Below the pieces are notes generated by a model. That model was given only the letters and a program-made list of their open reading frames with translations. It did no database searches and was not told the origin of the DNA. 64,000 bases of DNA from a virus, in the IMG/VR virus record IMGVR_UViG_3300044641_002725. The stretch is one strand, 5' to 3'. This document shows positions 59,057 to 64,000 of the stretch, piece after piece. Position numbers and translations under genes: made by a program. The stretch's first letter is position 1. Every line of letters begins with the position of its first letter.

Positions 59057-59236
59057 ATGATTACATACAAATTTTATGTTGGTAAAGATGTTTATGAATT
59101 CGCCGCAGAGTCTAAACTGAATGCGATGGAAATGTGTAATCGTCAAGTGATTGATAAATTAGATTTGCATCCTATGGCATGGGCTGATGCTGGCCAAAAT
59201 GCATTTTCGTATCAGTCTGGCAACTTTTTTGATTAA
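59057..59236 (+). CDS. early hypothetical protein
   Basis: MITYKFYVGKDVYEF... Confidence 0.6.
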   Translation: MITYKFYVGKDVYEFAAESKLNAMEMCNRQVIDKLDLHPMAWADAGQNAFSYQSGNFFD

Positions 59237-59245
59237 GGAAACAAA

Positions 59246-59428
59246 ATGAAAATCGAAACAGCAATTGGTATTTTAAATAAAGAACGTGAATTTTTAGGTT
59301 TGGGTTTCTTGGAGTTATTGCAAGATATTCAAAGTGAAGGTAAAATGGTTTACTCTGAAAAGACTATGGAAGCATTTGAACGGTTCATGGTCGATGGTCG
59401 CAAGATGTTTGCACCTGTTGCAGAATAA
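59246..59428 (+). CDS. early hypothetical protein
   Basis: AAGGA RBS. Confidence 0.7.
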   Translation: MKIETAIGILNKEREFLGLGFLELLQDIQSEGKMVYSEKTMEAFERFMVDGRKMFAPVAE

Positions 59429-59477
59429 CAACAGATTCAAAAATAATTGTTGACACACCAAACGAACCCTGTATAAT
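59416..59477 (+). promoter_or_regulatory. early promoter with TGTTG-N8-CAACA palindrome
   Basis: TTGACA 59450, 16-bp spacer, TATAAT 59472. Confidence 0.85.
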
Positions 59478-59507
59478 TAATTCTGTTGAGTTGATAAAGG
59501 AATTGAA

Positions 59508-59762
59508 ATGAGAACAGCAAACGAACAAACCCTCTGGGAAATCCAAGCATACGGTGCTACGAAATCCGAAATTCTTGAGTCTGTACAAGATTCAATTAGT
59601 TTCCAATTTTCTGGTCCCGGTATGGTGATTTCAAGCTACCTTTCCGATGCACAGGAAGCGATGCAGTCAGGTAGTGGTCGTGGTTTGAACGATGCAAGGC
59701 AATATATTAATATTGCCAAAATGTTGATGATGGAATTTGAATTAGGTTTTAAGGAGAGATAA
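59508..59762 (+). CDS. early hypothetical protein
   Basis: AAGGA RBS. Confidence 0.7.
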   Translation: MRTANEQTLWEIQAYGATKSEILESVQDSISFQFSGPGMVISSYLSDAQEAMQSGSGRGLNDARQYINIAKMLMMEFELGFKER

Positions 59763-59763
59763 T

Positions 59764-59958
59764 ATGACTAATTTTATTAATGTTGCAGATATGATTGCCG
59801 CTTTGTCAGCCTTGCCAGCCGATGCTCGGTTGGTCGTGACACAGACTGGTTATTATGCGTATGATGACTTTGCGGATTGTTTTTTGCCACGGCCTGCTGG
59901 CGATGACAACGATGGTGCTCCATTGTTCGCAATAGGTCATTCACACCAAAATTATTAA
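59764..59958 (+). CDS. early hypothetical protein
   Basis: AAGGAG RBS. Confidence 0.65.
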   Translation: MTNFINVADMIAALSALPADARLVVTQTGYYAYDDFADCFLPRPAGDDNDGAPLFAIGHSHQNY

Positions 59959-59971
59959 AGGAATAAATAGT

Positions 59972-60316
59972 ATGATGATAGTTATCCGCACTCAGTACCA
60001 CGAAAATTATGGCGCACATGATTGGGATGGCACGGGTGAGTGTCCTCAGTATTGGAAAGCAAAAGGCGGTACCGAGTATAAGATACTTGACGTTCCCCTT
60101 AACATAGACTACAATGAGTTTGTGAAGTTCACATTGACTGGCATTGAAACGGATACGGATTATTCTAGCGAGTACATGGTCGATTGGTCTATGGAAAGTG
60201 ATGACTATCTTTCATGGTTCGAACGGTCTCAGTTGGAGTTTGATGGTGTTATCACCAGCAAAGAACCCACAATGACATATCAACAAGTTTTGGACAAACA
60301 AAAGGAACTAGCATGA
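59972..60316 (+). CDS. conserved early hypothetical protein
   Basis: TQYHENYGAHDWDGTGECPQYWKAKGG. Confidence 0.75.
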   Translation: MMIVIRTQYHENYGAHDWDGTGECPQYWKAKGGTEYKILDVPLNIDYNEFVKFTLTGIETDTDYSSEYMVDWSMESDDYLSWFERSQLEFDGVITSKEPTMTYQQVLDKQKELA

Positions 60317-60549
60317 GTAAAATGGCAGAATTGGCGATGGAGATTGAACAGTTGTATCTTCAAGGGTACAATGAATTCACAATTTCAACAATGCTTAATA
60401 TACCAGTGGAATTGGTAGACAATTTTGTTGCAAGTTTTATGGATGTAGAGTATAATGAAAACATGGACGGAGACTTTGATTCCGCTATGGCTTCAGCAGG
60501 AATGGGAACAGACGAGGATTACGGAAGTTATGGAGAGCCTGAATTTTAA
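60313..60549 (+). CDS. acidic hypothetical protein
   Basis: MDGDFDSAMASAGMGTDEDYG. Confidence 0.7.
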   Translation: MSKMAELAMEIEQLYLQGYNEFTISTMLNIPVELVDNFVASFMDVEYNENMDGDFDSAMASAGMGTDEDYGSYGEPEF

Positions 60550-60673
60550 ATTGTCGAAAACAAAACCACGTAACGTGGTAGCGAAGGACTTGCGTAGCCC
60601 TAAGTATCGTATGCGTGTGGTTGAAGACAAACGTAAGAGAGAACCTAAGCATAAGGAATCGTATGTATATTGA
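60530..60673 (+). CDS. small basic protein, ArfA-like motif
   Basis: RNVVAKDLRSPKYRMRVVEDKRK..PKHK. Confidence 0.55.
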   Translation: MESLNFKLSKTKPRNVVAKDLRSPKYRMRVVEDKRKREPKHKESYVY

Positions 60674-60965
60674 TGGTATGGGTCCGAGACAATCAATGGC
60701 TGTTGAAATTTTAGATACAGTTCGATTTGGTGGGCTAGATAAAATCAAAGGTGCAAACGGGTATTCTAAAAAAAGACTTGACAAAGGTGATGCTTATGTG
60801 ATACCATTTGGACTTAGTAAAAAATTATTTGGTGCAGTAGTAATTTCTGCTCCGAAAAGACTATATATTACATACAAGATAAACAATGTGGCTGAAACTG
60901 TGCGAATGAAGTATGCATGGGAAGTGAAGCGATTCTTAGTGAATAAATTCATTCAGAATATGTAA
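60663..60965 (+). CDS. hypothetical protein
   Basis: basic ~100-aa ORF. Confidence 0.55.
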   Translation: MYIDGMGPRQSMAVEILDTVRFGGLDKIKGANGYSKKRLDKGDAYVIPFGLSKKLFGAVVISAPKRLYITYKINNVAETVRMKYAWEVKRFLVNKFIQNM

Positions 60966-60971
60966 AGAACG

Positions 60972-61169
60972 TTTCGGGTTAGTCTCCGAATACTGTGACC
61001 CACAGGATGAGAAGTAGTGTGACAGCTACGGGTGGTAGTCTTTGAACCGAAAGGCCGCTGGCAATGCGAGAACGGAATCTGTCGGGAAGCGGGTGGAAGG
61101 TACATATGAGGGGTATGATAGCGTCATATCTTTCTGTACTATAATTACCGCCGAGATTCGCAGAGCATT
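60972..61169 (+). ncRNA. putative structured non-coding RNA, class unknown
   Basis: intergenic, GC-rich relative to flanks, nested stems, CC-GAAA-GG tetraloop. Confidence 0.6.
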
Positions 61170-61194
61170 TTATGAATTAAGAAAAGGTTAGACA

Positions 61195-61470
61195 ATGAAT
61201 GAAGTTGAAAAAGAAGTTTTACTAATTGCACAAGAAGAATGTGCCGAAGTGACACAGGCAATCAGTAAAGTTTTTAGGTTTGGTTTAGATGGTGAACACA
61301 ATGGTGCATCTAATCGTGAACGATTGACAGAAGAAGTTGGTGATTTATTTTGTATGATTCAGTTGATGATTGAAACAGGTATCATCAATATTGATGAAGT
61401 AGATAAAGCATCCGCAAACAAGAAAGCAAAACTCCAGAAATGGTCTAATATTTTTAACGAAGAAAAGTAA
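61195..61470 (+). CDS. MazG-like NTP pyrophosphohydrolase
   Basis: EECAEV...LTEEVGDL. Confidence 0.85.
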   Translation: MNEVEKEVLLIAQEECAEVTQAISKVFRFGLDGEHNGASNRERLTEEVGDLFCMIQLMIETGIINIDEVDKASANKKAKLQKWSNIFNEEK

Positions 61471-61471
61471 A

Positions 61472-61588
61472 ATGAATTCAGTATCGAAACCCTCAACAAG
61501 AAATTACATGCCATGTACGTGGCAGAATATTTCTCGCATTGAGAAATCAGATCGCCATACGCCACTGATGGGGGCTTGTTATACCTGA
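61472..61588 (+). CDS. putative attenuator leader peptide (38 aa)
   Basis: MNSVSKPSTRNYMPCTWQNISRIEKSDRHTPLMGACYT; ATG 1 nt after MazG stop; 3' end overlaps antiterminator arm. Confidence 0.5.
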   Translation: MNSVSKPSTRNYMPCTWQNISRIEKSDRHTPLMGACYT

Positions 61589-61663
61589 GGACCAAAAAAG
61601 TCCAAAAGAAAATATAAAGACAAGCCCCCTAGAGAGACAGCAAACTCTAGGGGGTTTTTCTTT
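61491..61663 (+). promoter_or_regulatory. transcription attenuator (protector / antiterminator / terminator)
   Basis: 61570-61579 GGGGGCTTGT exactly complementary to 61620-61629 ACAAGCCCCC; 61491-61500 pairs with 61575-61590. Confidence 0.65.
61625..61663 (+). terminator. intrinsic terminator
   Basis: CCCCCTAGAG-N10-CTCTAGGGGG-TTTTTCTTT. Confidence 0.9.
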
Positions 61664-61664
61664 G

Positions 61665-61726
61665 TGTTGTATACAAACAACATCTATGAAAATAGTTGTT
61701 GACAGTCTTTTTGATTGTGTTATACT
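61665..61726 (+). promoter_or_regulatory. tRNA-array promoter with TGTTG-N8-CAACA palindrome
   Basis: TTGACA 61699, 16-bp spacer, TATACT 61721. Confidence 0.85.
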
Positions 61727-61732
61727 TTGTAT

Positions 61733-61770
61733 TGAGTTGATCGTGACTCAGCAAAAAAGTTCTTTAACAA
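61733..61770 (+). promoter_or_regulatory. boxB-like hairpin plus rrn-type boxA
   Basis: TGAGTT/GACTCA hairpin then AGTTCTTTAACAA (E. coli rrn boxA TGCTCTTTAACA). Confidence 0.6.
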
Positions 61771-61792
61771 TTTGCATCCATATTTTTTATGT

Positions 61793-61866
61793 TGGGGATT
61801 AGTGTAATGGTAGCACAACGGATTTTGATTCCGTTGGCACAAGTTCGATTCTTGTATCCCCTGCCA
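61793..61866 (+). tRNA. tRNA-Gln(TTG)
   Basis: cloverleaf, ACGGA-TT-TTG-AT-TCCGT, CCA. Confidence 0.92.
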
Positions 61867-61869
61867 AAT

Positions 61870-61944
61870 GGTGACATAGCACAGCGGTAGTGCAATTGCT
61901 TCATACGCAATCGGTCGTTGGTTCAAATCCAACTGTCACCACCA
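61870..61944 (+). tRNA. tRNA-Met(CAT), elongator (Ile2 not excluded)
   Basis: ATTGC-TT-CAT-AC-GCAAT, CCA. Confidence 0.88.
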
Positions 61945-61948
61945 ATTT

Positions 61949-62023
61949 AGGGGTATAACTTAACGGCTAAAGTAGTAGGCTTTTAACCTATTAATCCGAG
62001 TTCGATTCTCGGTACCCCTACCA
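61949..62023 (+). tRNA. tRNA-Lys(TTT)
   Basis: GTAGG-CT-TTT-AA-CCTAT, CCA. Confidence 0.93.
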
Positions 62024-62118
62024 TATAAAAACACTCTAAACTGGACGCAGGTTCTGTGAAGTACGCCCTTGGATTGATCGCCAAGAAAGTATGGAGAATG
62101 AGAGTGTTTCTATATGGT
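62020..62118 (+). ncRNA. long inverted-repeat spacer element between tRNA-Lys and tRNA-His
   Basis: ACCATATA-A-AAACACTCT pairs AGAGTGTTT-C-TATATGGT (17/18 bp). Confidence 0.55.
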
Positions 62119-62190
62119 GTTGTTAGTTTAGTGGTAAAACTACGGATTGTGATTCCGTCATCAAGAGTTCAATTCTCTTACGACACCCCA
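62116..62190 (+). tRNA. tRNA-His(GTG)
   Basis: G-1/C73, ACGGA-TT-GTG-AT-TCCGT, CCA. Confidence 0.93.
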
Positions 62191-62199
62191 AAGATAATT

Positions 62200-62274
62200 G
62201 CCTTGTTAACTCAGCGGTAGAGTGTCTCCCTTACAAGGAGAAGGTCGGCAGTTCGATCCTGTCACAAGGTACCA
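62200..62274 (+). tRNA. tRNA-Val(TAC)
   Basis: TCTCC-CT-TAC-AA-GGAGA, CCA. Confidence 0.93.
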
Positions 62275-62280
62275 AGATAT

Positions 62281-62354
62281 TCCCGGATAGTTAAATGGTA
62301 TAACGTTCGCTTGATAAGCGATTATCGAAAGTTCAATTCTTTCTCTGGGAACCA
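62281..62354 (+). tRNA. tRNA-Ile(GAT)
   Basis: TCGC-TT-GAT-AA-GCGA, CCA. Confidence 0.9.
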
Positions 62355-62357
62355 AAT

Positions 62358-62434
62358 GCCCTCTTACTCCAATTGGTAGAGAGAGCGGTCTTAGAAGCCG
62401 TAAAGTCTCAGTTCGAATCTGAGAGAGGGCACCA
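62358..62434 (+). tRNA. tRNA-Leu(TAG), short variable loop
   Basis: GCGGT-CT-TAG-AA-GCCGT, CCA. Confidence 0.88.
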
Positions 62435-62444
62435 AAGTTTTTAT

Positions 62445-62519
62445 GCGCCTTTAGTAAAATGAATATTACACAACGCTACGAACGTTGAAGTGGGAGTTTG
62501 ATTCTCTCAGGGCGCACCA
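62445..62519 (+). tRNA. tRNA-Arg(ACG), atypical D/T loops
   Basis: CAACG-CT-ACG-AA-CGTTG; T loop TTTGATT; CCA. Confidence 0.85.
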
Positions 62520-62525
62520 AGTTAT

Positions 62526-62615
62526 GGAAGTGTGGTCGAGTCTGGTTTATGGCAACAGTCTTGAAAACTGTCGAACAGAAATGTTCCGTGAGTTCGAATC
62601 TCACCGCTTCCGCCA
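62526..62615 (+). tRNA. tRNA-Ser(TGA)
   Basis: ACAGT-CT-TGA-AA-ACTGT, long variable arm, GCCA. Confidence 0.94.
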
Positions 62616-62622
62616 AAATTAT

Positions 62623-62710
62623 AGAGAGTTGGGTGAGTGGTTAAACCAGCAGTTTGCTAAACTGTCATTGCGAAAGCGGTGCATGAGTTCGAATCTCATA
62701 CTCTCTGCCA
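62623..62710 (+). tRNA. tRNA-Ser(GCT)
   Basis: GCAGT-TT-GCT-AA-ACTGT, long variable arm, GCCA. Confidence 0.94.
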
Positions 62711-62771
62711 GTGATAAAAAACAACAACTACCGAAATAGTTGTTGACAAAAAATGTTTAGAGTGTTATACT
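62709..62771 (+). promoter_or_regulatory. internal tRNA-array promoter (half palindrome CAACA retained)
   Basis: AAATAGTTG-TTGACA 62743, 17-bp spacer, TATACT 62766. Confidence 0.8.
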
Positions 62772-62793
62772 CTATTCATAGATTAAAAAGTAT

Positions 62794-62868
62794 GCACGAT
62801 TCGTCTATCGGTTAGGACTCAGGGTTTTCATCCCTGCAAGAGGAGTTCGATTCTCCTATCGTGTACCA
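62794..62868 (+). tRNA. tRNA-Glu(TTC)
   Basis: CAGGG-TT-TTC-AT-CCCTG, CCA. Confidence 0.92.
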
Positions 62869-62869
62869 T

Positions 62870-62954
62870 GGAGATGCCGCCGTAATGGTATGGCAGGAGA
62901 CTGTAAATCTTCCGACTTATGTCACAACAGGTTCGATCCCTGTCATCTCCACCA
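62870..62954 (+). tRNA. tRNA-Tyr(GTA)
   Basis: GGAGA-CT-GTA-AA-TCTTC, variable arm, CCA. Confidence 0.92.
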
Positions 62955-62960
62955 AATTTA

Positions 62961-63035
62961 GGTGCGTTCGTATAGAGGTTATTACTGCGGATTGTCTATC
63001 CGCTTACGGGAGTTCGATTCTCCCACGCATCGCCA
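62961..63035 (+). tRNA. tRNA-Asp(GTC)
   Basis: GCGGA-TT-GTC-TA-TCCGC, GCCA. Confidence 0.92.
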
Positions 63036-63060
63036 AATTTTATTATACATAATAGTATGT

Positions 63061-63138
63061 CGCACGGTGGCAGAGAGGTCAAATGCAACGGTCTGCAAAA
63101 CCGTAAAGTCGTGAGTTCAAATCTCACCCGTGCGTCCA
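63061..63138 (+). tRNA. tRNA-Cys(GCA)
   Basis: ACGGT-CT-GCA-AA-ACCGT, U73-CCA. Confidence 0.92.
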
Positions 63139-63148
63139 GTTTTTCAAT

Positions 63149-63224
63149 AGCGGGTTACGTCAGTGGTCAGACTATTAGGCTCATAACCTAAAGGACGGAG
63201 GTTCGAATCCTTCACCCGCAACCA
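63149..63224 (+). tRNA. tRNA-fMet(CAT), initiator-type
   Basis: 1:72 mismatch (A:A), TTAGG-CT-CAT-AA-CCTAA, ACCA. Confidence 0.87.
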
Positions 63225-63230
63225 TTTTAT

Positions 63231-63306
63231 TCCTCAGTAGCACAGCGGTAGTTGCACTTGACTGTTAATCAAGGTGTCCGTGGTTCGATCCCACGCTGAG
63301 GAGCCA
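63231..63306 (+). tRNA. tRNA-Asn(GTT)
   Basis: CTTGA-CT-GTT-AA-TCAAG, GCCA. Confidence 0.93.
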
Positions 63307-63322
63307 CTCTATAAAGAAGTAT

Positions 63323-64000
63323 ATGAAAAGCATAATTTTGTCTATATTAATGTTTACGTGTTTGAATGTTAGTGCCGTTACAGTCTACGCATACAATATC
63401 ACCAAACAGCATCCGATTGTTGATTCTGAAATTGATACGATAAGACCTATAGCAAGTATTACAAAGTTAATGACTGCACTAGTATTGGTTGAGAGTGGAG
63501 TTCCTTTAGATGAGAAAGTTCCATACAAAGGAATGTTCTATTCACACAAGAAATTCACTAGAGAAGAATTGTTGAATTTGATGTTAGTCAAAAGTGACAA
63601 CAGAGCCGCAGAAGCGTTAGCAGAAAGCATGGGCGGTAAACTATGGACAGTTTATCAAATGAACAAACGTGCAATTGCGCTAGAGATGTACAATACAAAA
63701 TTTGATGATACATCTGGTCTGAGTGCAAAGAACACCAGCACCGCAAGAGATTTAGTTATCATGTTGACAGATGCATATAAGCATGATAAGATACGTGAGA
63801 TATCAGCATTAAGTAGATATGATTTGAAAGTTGTTGATAAGAAGAATAAAGAGAAACAGATTCCAGTCAATAACACTAACGTGAAGTTGATGAACAAATT
63901 TGATATCATTGAAGTATCTAAAACTGGCACAACGAATGCGGCTGGTAAGTGCCTTGTTATGTTAGTGCATAAGAATGGTGACCAATATGCAATTGTTATT
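63323..64000 (+). CDS. D-Ala-D-Ala peptidase, family S11 (PBP7/PbpG-like); runs off window end
   Basis: signal peptide; RPIASITKLMTA (SxxK), KSDN (SxN), DTSGL, SKTGTT (KTG); absent from ORF track because no stop in window. Confidence 0.88.
   Translation, partial: MKSIILSILMFTCLNVSAVTVYAYNITKQHPIVDSEIDTIRPIASITKLMTALVLVESGVPLDEKVPYKGMFYSHKKFTREELLNLMLVKSDNRAAEALAESMGGKLWTVYQMNKRAIALEMYNTKFDDTSGLSAKNTSTARDLVIMLTDAYKHDKIREISALSRYDLKVVDKKNKEKQIPVNNTNVKLMNKFDIIEVSKTGTTNAAGKCLVMLVHKNGDQYAIVI

Noticed and set aside
61003-61054. Hammerhead ribozyme core suggested by GATGAG...GAAA
   Set aside because: CUGAUGA is absent (CAGGATGAG) and GAAA lies in a tetraloop, so the topology does not fit.
62358-62615. 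Suppressor tRNAs or recoded genetic code from TAG/TGA anticodons
   Set aside because: These anticodons read CUA (Leu) and UCA (Ser); core genes translate full length in the standard code.
61720-63052. ORF-track ORFs 61720-61932, 62485-62739, 62861-63052
   Set aside because: They overlap clear tRNA genes.
63655-63930. Minus-strand 91-aa ORF
   Set aside because: Antisense to the S11 peptidase on the + strand.
1-64000. CRISPR array
   Set aside because: No regularly spaced direct repeats seen; the recurring AAATAGTTGTTGAC units are dispersed promoters.

Overview
A 64-kb segment of an AT-rich T4-like (Tevenvirinae-type) myophage genome, almost all on the + strand. Host-like iscU, erpA, hsp20 and YcfJ-like genes point to a Gram-negative, probably betaproteobacterial host (inference). 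It carries the T4 replication module (gp45, dsbA, gp44, gp62, regA, gp43, uvsX, gp40, gp41, gp61, rnh), nucleotide metabolism genes (cd, thyX, nrdA/nrdB, thioredoxin, HAD nucleotidase, MazG-like), a putative DNA-hypermodification locus (SAM methyltransferase plus TAGT/GREB1-like glycosyltransferase), a vWA-metallopeptidase/MoxR pair, late genes that look like head-packaged polyproteins, spanins and a GH19 endolysin, a minus-strand operon of secreted low-complexity proteins, a cluster of small early ORFs, and an array of 16 tRNAs followed by a truncated D-Ala-D-Ala peptidase. The most striking non-coding signals are: (i) a complete leader-peptide attenuator (1:2, 2:3, 3:4 pairings; leader using 19 of 20 amino acids) in front of the tRNA array, followed by an rrn-type boxA; (ii) a ~200-nt structured GC-rich RNA of unknown class; (iii) a class of eight promoters with a TGTTG-N8-CAACA palindrome at near-fixed distance. 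All calls are from motif recognition by eye. No searches or folding programs were run.
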